The translations under genes and the position numbers were made by a program. A DNA stretch of 64,000 bases, from positions 768,001-832,000 of the forward strand of contig CAWDML010000001.1 of the NCBI GenBank assembly GCA_963803435.1. Direction: 5' to 3'. This DNA comes from an uncultured delta proteobacterium. Its GTDB lineage: Bacteria > Myxococcota > Kuafuiibacteriia > Kuafuiibacteriales > Kuafuiibacteriaceae. Position 1 is the stretch's first letter, and every line of letters starts with the position of its first letter. The notes under the pieces were generated by a model. It was not told where the DNA came from. It saw only the letters and a list, made by a program, of their open reading frames with translations, and did no database searches. This document shows, piece by piece, positions 19,425 to 28,933 of the stretch.

Positions 19425-20594
19425 TTGTTCCTCCCGATCGGCGACTCCCCGAATCCGCGCAATTTCACGCCCTGGGTGAACTGGGCGCTGATCGCCACCA
19501 ACGTCGCGATCTACCTGTTCATTTCTCTACCGCTCTCCAGCCAGCCGGTCGACCCGAGCGACCCCATGCTCCGGGACTACGTCGAGATGCTCCGGCCGAA
19601 CCTGCCGGCCGGGGTCTCGCTCCACGACCTGCTGGCGAGCATCTCGGCGTACGACCTCTTCGTCCTCGCCCACGGGTACAAGCCGGCGGCGCCGGCGGTC
19701 ACCGACCTCTTCGCCTCGATGTTCCTGCACGCCAACTTCATGCACCTGGCGGGCAACATGCTCTTTCTCTGGATCTTCGGAGACAACTGCGAGCACCGCC
19801 TCGGCCGCCTCCTCTACCTGTTCGTTTACCTCCTGACCGGCGCGGCTGCGACGCTCACGTTCGCCGCCTTCGCCCACGGCTCGACCGCGCCGCTCATCGG
19901 AGCCTCCGGCGCGATCTCAGGCGTGCTCGGGATCTATTTTCTCCTGTTCCCGCGCAACCAGGTGAAGCTGCTGATCCTGATCTTCATCTTCTTCAGAGTC
20001 ATCTTGTTGCCCGCCCGCTGGGTGCTGGCCTTCTTCGTCCTGATCGACAATCTGCTCCCCTTCCTGACCGGAGCCACCGGAGGCGTCGCCTACGGCGCGC
20101 ACCTCGGCGGCTTCTTCGCCGGCCTCGCCATCGCGTGGGTCGGAGAGCGGGTCGGGTGGAGGCTGGGCGGGCGAGAGCCCTATCGCTCGCCGCCGCGACC
20201 GGAGCCCGGGGAGCGCCCGAGCGCCTCCGACGCGGAGCAGGCGATCGGGCGCGGTGATCGGGAGGCCGCGCTCGCCGTGTTCTCGAAGCTCGGTGGCACC
20301 GTCGCGACGCAGCTGACGCCGGCGGCCTGCGCACAGCTGGCCGAGTGGTTGATGGAGGCGGGCGCGCCCATCTCGGCGAACGATCTGCTCCGCCGGTGCC
20401 TCGGCCACCACCGCGGCGCCAGCGGCCCGGGCGTCGCCCGATTGCACCTCGCCATGGGCCTCCTCCGGCTCGCGAACGGTCAGCCGACCGCGGCGTATCA
20501 ATACCTCTTGTCGGTCCTCGATCATCATCCCGATCAGGAGACCGAGATGCGCGCTCGCCAGTATCTCAACACGATCGACGTGTATCGCCGATGA
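19425..20594 (+). CDS. Rhomboid intramembrane serine protease with C-terminal TPR-like domain
   Basis: MFLHANFMHLAGNMLFLWIFG, GASGAISG, AHLGGF; TTG start (LFLPIGD) inferred. Confidence 0.9.
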   Translation: MFLPIGDSPNPRNFTPWVNWALIATNVAIYLFISLPLSSQPVDPSDPMLRDYVEMLRPNLPAGVSLHDLLASISAYDLFVLAHGYKPAAPAVTDLFASMFLHANFMHLAGNMLFLWIFGDNCEHRLGRLLYLFVYLLTGAAATLTFAAFAHGSTAPLIGASGAISGVLGIYFLLFPRNQVKLLILIFIFFRVILLPARWVLAFFVLIDNLLPFLTGATGGVAYGAHLGGFFAGLAIAWVGERVGWRLGGREPYRSPPRPEPGERPSASDAEQAIGRGDREAALAVFSKLGGTVATQLTPAACAQLAEWLMEAGAPISANDLLRRCLGHHRGASGPGVARLHLAMGLLRLANGQPTAAYQYLLSVLDHHPDQETEMRARQYLNTIDVYRR

Positions 20595-21723
20595 TGAGCG
20601 CCCCCAGCGCGCGAACCTCCTCCAGCGTGTGATCGGCCGAGACCGTCACCCGGAGGCGCGCGGTCCCGGCCGGCACCGAGGGCGGACGGATCCCCACCAC
20701 GTGGAAGCCGCCGTCGAAGAGCCGGCGCTGCGCCTGCATCACCGCCTCGGGCGTCTCCAGCACGATCTTGGTGATGGGGCTCTCCGCGGGCCGCTCCAGG
20801 ATCCTGGCCAGCGTCTCGACGCGCGACCAGAGACGGCGTCGTAGGTCTGCGCTCTCGGTCCCGATCCGGAGGGCTGCCCGCGCCGCCGCCACGACCGGAA
20901 GCGGTGAAGCCGTCGAGAACACGTAGGCGCGCCCGCGATTGAGCAGCCACCTGCGGACCTGCGGTGAGGTCACCGCAAACCCACCGAGCGCGCCCACGGC
21001 CTTGCTGAGCGTCCCGACCCGCACGTCGGCGCGATCGACGACGCACTGCTCCTGACAGACACCGCCGCCACGCTCGCCGAAGACCAGGGTGGCGTGGCTC
21101 TCGTCGACGAGCAGCGCGGCACCGTGACGCTCCGCCACCTCCGCGATCGCACGGAGCGGCGCGACGTCTCCGTCCATCGAAAACACGCTCTCCGTCGCGA
21201 TCAGCTTGCGGCCCTCGGCCGCGGCCAGCTTCGACTCGAGATCGGTGGCGTCGCAGTGACGGTAGGTGTGGACCGTGGCGCCGTTCCGCCGCGCGAGGCG
21301 GCAGCCGTCGATGATCGAGGCGTGGTTCAGCTCGTCCGAGAACACCGTGGTGCCGTCGTCGGCCAGCGTCTCCAGCACGGCCAGGTTGGCGGCGTAGCCG
21401 GTGGGAAAGAGCAGCGCGGCCTCGGTCCCGAAGAGCGCGGCCAGCTCGGCCTCGAGCGCCTCGTGCTGGTCGGTGTAGCCGCAGATCAACGGCGAGCCGC
21501 GCGGCCCCATGCCGTATCGCTCGACGACCTCGATGGCGGCCCGGCGGACCTCCGGATGCGCCGAGAGGCCGAGGTAGTCGTTGCTCGAGAACAGCGTCAA
21601 GCGCCAATCTCCAGAGCGCACATGGACGCTGTCCTCGGGCACGATCGGGCCCAGGGCGCGGAGGAGCCCGTCCGACTCCAGGCGCGCGAGCCCCGCCTCG
21701 ACCCAGCGCGACAGCTCGCTCAT
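20566..21723 (-). CDS. bioF: 8-amino-7-oxononanoate synthase
   Basis: FSSNDYLGL, SDELNHASIIDG, ESVFSMDGD, DESHA, GTLSKA; ATG overlaps the bioD stop. Confidence 0.95.
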   Translation of the reverse strand: MSELSRWVEAGLARLESDGLLRALGPIVPEDSVHVRSGDWRLTLFSSNDYLGLSAHPEVRRAAIEVVERYGMGPRGSPLICGYTDQHEALEAELAALFGTEAALLFPTGYAANLAVLETLADDGTTVFSDELNHASIIDGCRLARRNGATVHTYRHCDATDLESKLAAAEGRKLIATESVFSMDGDVAPLRAIAEVAERHGAALLVDESHATLVFGERGGGVCQEQCVVDRADVRVGTLSKAVGALGGFAVTSPQVRRWLLNRGRAYVFSTASPLPVVAAARAALRIGTESADLRRRLWSRVETLARILERPAESPITKIVLETPEAVMQAQRRLFDGGFHVVGIRPPSVPAGTARLRVTVSADHTLEEVRALGALIIGDTRRSC

Positions 21724-22385
21724 CGATCCACCCAGCGGACGATCTCGTCGATGGCAGCCGCAGCGTCCGACCAGGCGCCGAACCGACCGACGACGGCCAC
21801 CGAAAGATCGGGGCTCAGACGGCGGAGGGCGTCGGCGTTCGTGCCGGTGGACGCGTCGGGCTGTGCCGGCGCCGAGAGGACGACGCCGACCGCCGAGCGT
21901 CCCAGGGCCTCCAGCGTCAGGAGCGTGTGGTTGATCGTGCCGAGCTTGTCCGCGGCCACCACCAGCGCGCGGCCCTGGGTGGTGAGGATGAGGTCCCTGA
22001 GATTCGAGCGCCAGGTCAGCGGTGAGAGCAGACCGCCCGCGCCCTCCACCACCACCAGCTCGTGGTCCTCGCTCAGCCGCTCGATCGTCTCGCGCCAGGT
22101 GTCGAGCGAGAGGCGCACCCCCTCGACCTCCGCAGCCACTGGAGGCGCCACCGGCCTGAGAAGTCGGGTCAGCGCGGCGCGCGGCGAGGCCTGACCGCTG
22201 GCCGCCGCCAGGATCGCACCATCCTCCTCCGGCGCGATTGCGACGCCGCATCCGGTCTCGACCGGCTTGATGCCGACGACCCGCTGGCCCTTGTCCGCGA
22301 GGGCCCGGAGCAGCGCGGCCGCCACGAAGGTCTTTCCGACGCCGGTGTCCGTGCCGGTGACGAACAGGATCCGCTCAGGTTGCAT
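21720..22385 (-). CDS. bioD: Dethiobiotin synthase
   Basis: FVTGTDTGVGKT, KPVETG, VEGAGG, LGTINHTLLT. Confidence 0.96.
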   Translation of the reverse strand: MQPERILFVTGTDTGVGKTFVAAALLRALADKGQRVVGIKPVETGCGVAIAPEEDGAILAAASGQASPRAALTRLLRPVAPPVAAEVEGVRLSLDTWRETIERLSEDHELVVVEGAGGLLSPLTWRSNLRDLILTTQGRALVVAADKLGTINHTLLTLEALGRSAVGVVLSAPAQPDASTGTNADALRRLSPDLSVAVVGRFGAWSDAAAAIDEIVRWVDR

Positions 22386-23679
22386 CCGCCTGCTCTTCGG
22401 TGATCCCGTGGACGACGGCGTCGACGATGGTCTCGAGCTCCTCCTCGGTGATCGACAGCGGCGGCATGATCACGAGCGTGTCTCCGAGGGGTCGCAGGAA
22501 CACGCCCAGCTCACGCGCGCGACGACAGACCCGATACCCGCGACGAAGGGTCGGCGCCTCACTCGCCAGATCGATGCCGGCCGCCAGCCCGTAGTGGCGG
22601 ACCGCGGCCACGCCCGGAAGCGCACGCACGCGCTCGAGCGCCCGTGCCAGGCGCGCGATCTTCGGCGCCAGACGCTCGATCACCTGCTCCTTCTCGAAGA
22701 GATCGAGCGTGGCCAGCGCGGCGGCGGCCCCGAGCGCGTTGCCCGTGTAGGTGTGCCCGTGGAAGAACGTGCGGCCCTCCGACGGCGGTCCGAGGAACGC
22801 GTCGAAGATCCGTCGCGTCGCCAGCGTGGCGGCCAGCGGGAGGTAGCCGCCGGTGAGCCCCTTCGCGATGCAGAGGAGATCGGGCGTCACGCCCTCTCGC
22901 TCACACGCGAACATGCGTCCCGATCGACCCATCCCCACCGCGACCTCGTCGAACACCAGGAGCACGTCCTCGCGCCGGCACAGCTCGGCGACACGCAAAA
23001 GATAGCCATCCGGATAGGTCGCGATCCCGCCGGCGCCCTGGAACCCCGGCTCGAGCACCACAGCCGCCAGCTCGCCGTGGTGGCGCTCGAACAGGTGCTC
23101 GAAGCCGGCGAGCGCCCCGGGCGCGCTCGGCGCCGGCGCGCGCACGACGTCGAACAGCAACGGTCCGAAGCGACTGTGGAACAGATCAATCCCACCGATC
23201 GACACGGCGCCCACGGTGTCACCGCTGTAGCCGTTGGCGAGCGCGAGGAAGCGCTTGCGGCGGGGCGCTCCGGTCTGCTGCCAGAACTGGAGCGCCATCT
23301 TGATGGCGACCTCCACGGCCGTCGACCCGTCGTCGGAGAAGAAGACCTTCTCGAGCGGAGCCGGCGCCAGCTCCGCGAGGCGCTTGGCGAGGAGCACCGC
23401 CGGCACGCTGGCGTGCCCGAGGAGCGTGGCGTGCGCGATCCGTTCGAGCTGGGCGCGGATCGCGGCGTCGATCTCGCGCTTCTGGTGGCCGAAGACGTTG
23501 CACCAGAGGGAAGCGACGCCGTCGAGGTAGCGGCGGCCGTCCACGTCGATGAGGTAATTGCCTTCGCCACGCTCGATGAGCAGCGGCTCCTCCTCGCGGT
23601 ACACCGAGTGGGGCGTGAACGGATGCCAAAGGTGGGCGTCGTCAAACGCCTCGAGCTCACGCCGGGAGAAGCTCACCAC
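22375..23679 (-). CDS. bioA: Adenosylmethionine-8-amino-7-oxononanoate transaminase
   Basis: LWHPFT, DGVASLWCNVFGH, DEVAVGMGRSG, AKGLTGGYLP, FFHGHTYTGN. Confidence 0.95.
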   Translation of the reverse strand: MVSFSRRELEAFDDAHLWHPFTPHSVYREEEPLLIERGEGNYLIDVDGRRYLDGVASLWCNVFGHQKREIDAAIRAQLERIAHATLLGHASVPAVLLAKRLAELAPAPLEKVFFSDDGSTAVEVAIKMALQFWQQTGAPRRKRFLALANGYSGDTVGAVSIGGIDLFHSRFGPLLFDVVRAPAPSAPGALAGFEHLFERHHGELAAVVLEPGFQGAGGIATYPDGYLLRVAELCRREDVLLVFDEVAVGMGRSGRMFACEREGVTPDLLCIAKGLTGGYLPLAATLATRRIFDAFLGPPSEGRTFFHGHTYTGNALGAAAALATLDLFEKEQVIERLAPKIARLARALERVRALPGVAAVRHYGLAAGIDLASEAPTLRRGYRVCRRARELGVFLRPLGDTLVIMPPLSITEEELETIVDAVVHGITEEQADAT

Positions 23680-24650
23680 GCCACCGCGCCCACGAAGCCC
23701 GCCTCTTCCAGCATCACCCAGTCGCTCTTGCTGCCCTGCCCCTCGGTGGTCAGGTAGCCGTTGGTGAAGAACGAGTTGGCCGCATAGAGCGCGAGCGGCT
23801 GGAGCGTACCCAGGCAGACCTCGCGACCTGCCGAGATGCGAACGTCACGGCTGGGATGGACGAAGCGGAACATCGCCAGCGCCTTGAGGCAGTCGACCGG
23901 CTTGAGCTTGCTGCGGACGCCGAGCGGTGTCCCCGGGCGTGGATTGAGGAAGTTCACCGGGACGCTCTCGACCTCGAGATCGCGGAGCGCGAACGCCAGA
24001 TCGATCCGATCCTCTGCGGTCTCACCCATCCCGAGGATGCCGCCGCAGCACGCCTCGAGCCCGGCCGCCTTCGCCGAACGGACCGTCGCCACGCGATCGT
24101 CCCACGCATGCGAGGTGACGATCTCGGGAAAGAAGCGCGCCGAGGTCTCGAGGTTGTGGTTGTAGCGATCGACCCCGGCGCCCGCCAGCGCTTCGGCCTG
24201 CGCCGGCTCGAGCAATCCGAGCGAAGTACAGATGCCCAGCTTGGGGAATTCGGACTTGATCCGGCGAACCGCGTCGCAGACGACGTCGAGCTCGGGCGCC
24301 GACGGCCCGCGCGTCGCGGTCACCATGCAGTACATCACGGCGCCGGCGCGCACGGCCCGCTGAGCGCCCTCGACCAGCTCCTCGGCGGTCTGCATCGCGT
24401 AGCGATCGACTTCGCTCGAGAAGCGCACGGACTGACTGCAAAAACCGCAGTCCTCCGGACAGGCGCCGCTCTTCGCGTTGCGCAGCATGTGAATGCGGAC
24501 GTTCCGCCCGTGGTGATGCCGGCGCACCCTGAAGGCGGCGTGCATCAGGAGCAGCAGGTCGTCCTCGGGTGCATCGAGCACTGCCGCGGCTTCCTCCCGC
24601 GTGATGGGATGCCCATTCAGGACCTCGTCGGCCAGCTCGTTCCAATCCAT
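23673..24650 (-). CDS. bioB: Biotin synthase
   Basis: Radical SAM motif CPEDCGFCSQS, YNHNLETS, CCGGILGMGE, VPVNFL. Confidence 0.96.
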   Translation of the reverse strand: MDWNELADEVLNGHPITREEAAAVLDAPEDDLLLLMHAAFRVRRHHHGRNVRIHMLRNAKSGACPEDCGFCSQSVRFSSEVDRYAMQTAEELVEGAQRAVRAGAVMYCMVTATRGPSAPELDVVCDAVRRIKSEFPKLGICTSLGLLEPAQAEALAGAGVDRYNHNLETSARFFPEIVTSHAWDDRVATVRSAKAAGLEACCGGILGMGETAEDRIDLAFALRDLEVESVPVNFLNPRPGTPLGVRSKLKPVDCLKALAMFRFVHPSRDVRISAGREVCLGTLQPLALYAANSFFTNGYLTTEGQGSKSDWVMLEEAGFVGAVAW

Positions 24651-24688
24651 CTCGGCGCGGCCGGCGTACCGTTCGCGGTCGAGCGGAG

Positions 24689-27600
24689 TCAACCGCTGGT
24701 GTCGAACAGGGCTTTGGTGAGATTTGCCGCCTTGGTCGCCGTCAGCTTGGCGGCAATCGCGCTCGCCGTCCGGTCGAAGGGGCGCGCGAACAGGGCCGAC
24801 GCTCGGTGCTCGAGCTCGGCGTCGCCCGCCACTTTCGCGAGGATGAAGGCTCCCAACCCCAGGTCTGGGTCGGGCACCAGCCTCGCGCGTGAGACCGCCT
24901 CCGCCAGCGCCGGCTGGCTCTTCACCGCCGCGATCGCGCCAGTGTCACCGCGGATCGAGAGGTCGTAGAGCGTGAGCGCGACCCCGAGCTCCCGGCTGTT
25001 CTCGTCGAGCGCGGTGGCCAGGCTGGGGCTCGTCTTCATCGCCGCCAGCGCCGCCACCCGCATCATGACGGCGGCGCGCGTCCATCCCAGATCGAACCCG
25101 TCCCAGGTTCGCTCCGCATCGTCCAGGCAGTCCGCTGCTCGCTGGGCGTCCTCCAGCGCGTTCGTCATCACGGCTCGCCGATCGAACACGTTCGCTTGCA
25201 GGACCTGGATCGCCGCGATCGTGGGGGCGTGCTTCTTCTTCCGGGCGCGCTGGAGGAGACCGTCGAGACGCGCGAGGTCGGCCTCGAAGGAGGCGAGGAT
25301 CCGCGTGTCCTGATCGCGGCGGACGAACTGCGCCATCCGCTCCGCGATCTGCGTCGTATCCACGCGCCTCAGGTTCGCCAGGCGCTGCTCCAGCTCGGAC
25401 AGCATCTGCAGGTCGTGGAGCAGCGTCGCGCGGTCCAGCGCCCGCTCGTAGGCGTCGGTCCGCTCCGGCGCGAGCACCTCCTCCTGCCGAGACAAAGCCA
25501 GGCTCTTCGACAGCGACGCATCCTCGCGGACCGCCGCGTTCACCTGGTCGTGCAATCGGCCGCTGGCGAGCACCGAGAGGAGCTCCGAGGAATCGTTCGA
25601 CTGCAGGTGCAAGATCGAGCCGTCGATCCACTTGCCGACCACGTCGACCTCGCCCTTGTACTCGTACGCCGCCGCCAGGTTGCCGAGGACCAACGAGTTG
25701 TCCGGTTCCAGGCGGAGCGCCGCCTCGAGCCCGCTCACGGCCTTCTCGAGGAAATGCTCGTTGCCGGTGCAGAAGTAGCGGGCCTGGAAGGCGAGCGCGG
25801 CGTTGTTGGCGCTCGCGGAGTTGTGTGCAGCCTTCTGCTCGTAGATGGCGGCTGCCTTGGCGAACACCTTGTCGGCGGCCTCGGGCTTGCCGCTCTGGTA
25901 GAGGAGCCACGCCTCGACCTCGGCGCGCGATGCCACCACGTCCGGATCGTTCGACGTCACCTTCTGGAGCCAGGAGCGCTGCTCTTCCAGCGACGACGAC
26001 AGCAGGTAGAGCGTCTGTGCCGCATCGTTCCTCGCCGGACCGCTCGACTCGTCGAAAGCCCGCTGCGCGATCTCGCGGGCCTGCTTGATCAAGCCCAGCT
26101 CGCGGTATGCGTTCGCCACCTGGTTCGCGATCACGGGGTCGTGACCTTCCAGCAGCGCGGCGAGCTCTGAGTCTCCCTCCTCGGCGCGCCCGAGCCGGTG
26201 GTACACCTGCCCCAGCCCGAGGTGATACGCGGGCACGTCCTCCGCCTCCGCGCGGATGGCGAGGAAGACCTCCTCGGCGCGGGCCAGGAGTCGCGCCCGC
26301 TCGTCGCCGGAGACCTCGTTGGCGCGCCGCAGCTCCACCATCCCCAGCGTGACCGAGGCCGGCACCACGTCGCCGTAGGCTTCATACGCGGAGCGGAGCG
26401 CCAGGAGCCGCTCGTCCTGCGACTCCTGCTCCCCGACGTACTCGAAGAAGATCTTCGGTTGATCGTCCGGAGGCGCGGCGTCGAGCTTCGCGTTGATCTC
26501 CGCCGGGAGCGCGCCGCTCTTCGCTCGCTGGAGCATGGTCTCGCGGAACGATCTCACCGCCGCGGTGTACGCCTGGCGGGCGCCAGCGAACTGCGGCAGG
26601 CGCGCGCTCAGATAGGGATCGAGGACGGCCTCCGACTTCACCAGATCGCCCAGGTCGAGGTACAGGGCACCGAGCTGCATCTGCGCGTCGGGGACCAACC
26701 AGCCCGGCGTCCCCAGCCGCTCGAGCGTGTCGACGCCGAGCTGCGAGTGGCCTCGCCCTCGATGGATGATGGCGATCGCCACCGCGACCTCCTGATCTTC
26801 GGGGTCTCTCCTCGCCAGCGCGGCCAGGGCCTTCATCCCGCCCTTCTCCAGCAGGGCCCGCCGCTCCGGGGCCTCGCTGCGGGCGACCGCCGCCGCGACC
26901 GCATTCTCCACGCGCTCGTCGCGTCCGGCCGCGAGCCAGCGGTCGATCAGGCCACGATGCGCGGCCAGGAGGGAGGGATGCGCCAGCAGACGCGCCACGA
27001 CGGCGCCCGCCTTCTCGCGCGCGCCGGCCTCGAGGTAGCGCTCGAGCGCCGAGACTGGCCAGTTCTCCGCGAGGCGATCGCCCAGCGCCACCTGCAGCTC
27101 CTCACGTTTGGCCGCCACCTGTCGCTTGGCGGTGCTCGAGACGTCGCCGAGCTCGAGGATCTGCAAGGCAGCCTGCGGGTCATCGAGCTCGCCAGACCAG
27201 GCCGCCAGCTGGGTGCCCAGCGCCTCGCCCGCCGACGACTTCACCGGCTCGGGGAGCTGCCGGAAGCGCGTCGCCAGGCGCTCCGCCACGGCCCGATCCT
27301 TCGGAGCGAACGGCTTGGAGACGGTCTCCGCCTCGAGGCGAACGATCGCGCGCGCCGCCTCCTCCGCGAGCTCGGGCGAGCGCCACGCCTGATCGGCGGC
27401 CACCTGCGCATAGCGTTCGATCGCGCCGTCCCGGTCTCCGGCGGCGTCGTGCTCGCGCGCCTCCTCCATCGCGATCCGTCCCTTGCGCTGGGGCGAGTCG
27501 AGGTAACCCATCACCGCGGTGAAGGCGAGGAACAGCGCGGCGCCGGCCAGCAGGAGCTTCCGGTATCCCCGCGCGAACGGGCTGAGCCGCTCCTGGCCGA

Positions 27601-28276
27601 GGAACGAGAAGCGCCGGTTGCCGTGATCGATGATCCGATACGCCGTCAGTGGGAAGACCGGAACGAAGAGGAGCGCGATGCAGTAGGTGGCGACGTGCGA
27701 TCCGTCCGCCCACGGATCGCGATGGCCGTAGAGCGCGACCCCGCAGCCGTTGATCCGGGCCAGCGGCGGCGCGGAGGAGATCGGCTTGGGCGCCGCATAC
27801 CCGCGCTTGGCGGCCTCCCGTATCGCCTCGGTCTGTGCCTCCTTGGCGGCGCGCAGAAACGCGCGGTCGGAGCTCTTCTTGTTGCGGCGGAGCCAGCGCG
27901 CCCGCATCAACAGCGTGTAGCCGTCCATGTCGGCCTTGGCGGCCTCGAGGTCCGCGTCGCCCGGCATGATCGAGAGCGCGCGGCGGATCATCGACGCCGC
28001 TTCGTTCGTTCGACCGGCGGCGTGCAGCACGGCCGACATCTCCGCGCCCAGGAACGCGCCCATGGTTTGGAGCTGCACGCGGGCCGCCTCGTCGAGCTCC
28101 GGCCGCGACCGCACCACCTCCGCGAGCACCTCGGTCTCGATCCGCATCATCAACCCTGACACCTCCCGCTCCTGGGCGGCCCAGTCCTTCCTCGCCGGAT
28201 CCGGCTCCATGTCCTTGGCGTCGAGCAGACGGCCGATCTCTTCGAGGGTGGCGCGCAGCCGGGCGAGGTCCTGCAT
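24689..28276 (-). CDS. Very large membrane-anchored TPR-like protein
   Basis: ~1195 aa; INGCGVALYG..LLFVPVFPL..Y segment, one TM helix, many TPR-like repeats (YHLGLGQVYHRLGRAEEG; ALRLEPDNSLVLGNLA). Confidence 0.75.
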   Translation of the reverse strand: MQDLARLRATLEEIGRLLDAKDMEPDPARKDWAAQEREVSGLMMRIETEVLAEVVRSRPELDEAARVQLQTMGAFLGAEMSAVLHAAGRTNEAASMIRRALSIMPGDADLEAAKADMDGYTLLMRARWLRRNKKSSDRAFLRAAKEAQTEAIREAAKRGYAAPKPISSAPPLARINGCGVALYGHRDPWADGSHVATYCIALLFVPVFPLTAYRIIDHGNRRFSFLGQERLSPFARGYRKLLLAGAALFLAFTAVMGYLDSPQRKGRIAMEEAREHDAAGDRDGAIERYAQVAADQAWRSPELAEEAARAIVRLEAETVSKPFAPKDRAVAERLATRFRQLPEPVKSSAGEALGTQLAAWSGELDDPQAALQILELGDVSSTAKRQVAAKREELQVALGDRLAENWPVSALERYLEAGAREKAGAVVARLLAHPSLLAAHRGLIDRWLAAGRDERVENAVAAAVARSEAPERRALLEKGGMKALAALARRDPEDQEVAVAIAIIHRGRGHSQLGVDTLERLGTPGWLVPDAQMQLGALYLDLGDLVKSEAVLDPYLSARLPQFAGARQAYTAAVRSFRETMLQRAKSGALPAEINAKLDAAPPDDQPKIFFEYVGEQESQDERLLALRSAYEAYGDVVPASVTLGMVELRRANEVSGDERARLLARAEEVFLAIRAEAEDVPAYHLGLGQVYHRLGRAEEGDSELAALLEGHDPVIANQVANAYRELGLIKQAREIAQRAFDESSGPARNDAAQTLYLLSSSLEEQRSWLQKVTSNDPDVVASRAEVEAWLLYQSGKPEAADKVFAKAAAIYEQKAAHNSASANNAALAFQARYFCTGNEHFLEKAVSGLEAALRLEPDNSLVLGNLAAAYEYKGEVDVVGKWIDGSILHLQSNDSSELLSVLASGRLHDQVNAAVREDASLSKSLALSRQEEVLAPERTDAYERALDRATLLHDLQMLSELEQRLANLRRVDTTQIAERMAQFVRRDQDTRILASFEADLARLDGLLQRARKKKHAPTIAAIQVLQANVFDRRAVMTNALEDAQRAADCLDDAERTWDGFDLGWTRAAVMMRVAALAAMKTSPSLATALDENSRELGVALTLYDLSIRGDTGAIAAVKSQPALAEAVSRARLVPDPDLGLGAFILAKVAGDAELEHRASALFARPFDRTASAIAAKLTATKAANLTKALFDTSG

Positions 28277-28323
28277 AGGAGCGGATTTACGTAGGCGGCC
28301 CGAAAAATCTACCCTCGCATGTC

Positions 28324-28920
28324 GTGGAGACACCGTTTGCGATCGCCGACCGCGCCTTCGCGGCCGCCCATACTGAAGACCCGCGGCCGCACGCCGAGGG
28401 CGGAACCTGGTCCGCCCACTATCACGCCCGCCTGGCCCACTGGATCGAGGTCCTCGATCCCCACGCTTCCCTCCCGCTTCGGCTGGCCGCGCGAGCTGCC
28501 CACATTCGGCGCTGGACCGTACCTCGCGACAGCTACGACGCCGGCCGCTCGGGCTACAAGCGCTGGCGCTCCGAGCTCGCCCAGTACCACGCCGCCGAGG
28601 CGGGCCGCATCCTGGAGGAAGCGGGCTTCGAGCGGGACGTGATCGAGAAGGTGCAAGACATCTTGCAGAAGCGGCGGCTCAAGCAGGACCCGGACGTGCA
28701 GACGTTCGAGGACGGGCTGTGCATGGTGTTCCTCGAGAACGAGCTCGCTGACTTCGCGCGGAAGCACTCGCCCGAGAAGGTCGTCGAGATCATCCAGAAG
28801 ACGTGGGGCAAGATGTCCGAGCGCGGACACCGGACCGCTCTGGCGCTCGCGCCGTCGCTCCCCGCCGAGCTCCTCGCGCTGGTCGAGCGCGCCGTCGCGG
28901 GCGGCTCAGGCGGTCCGTGA
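28324..28920 (+). CDS. DUF4202-family protein
   Basis: AHTEDP..LAARAAHIRRW.VPRDSY..GRSGYKRWR..QTFEDGLCMVFL..KTWGKMS. Confidence 0.85.
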   Translation: METPFAIADRAFAAAHTEDPRPHAEGGTWSAHYHARLAHWIEVLDPHASLPLRLAARAAHIRRWTVPRDSYDAGRSGYKRWRSELAQYHAAEAGRILEEAGFERDVIEKVQDILQKRRLKQDPDVQTFEDGLCMVFLENELADFARKHSPEKVVEIIQKTWGKMSERGHRTALALAPSLPAELLALVERAVAGGSGGP

Positions 28921-28933
28921 CCGGCGGTGCCTC

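Noticed and set aside
20566-24650. Biotin operon lacking bioC/bioH/bioW
   Set aside because: Pimelate-supply genes are commonly located elsewhere, so this is not unusual.
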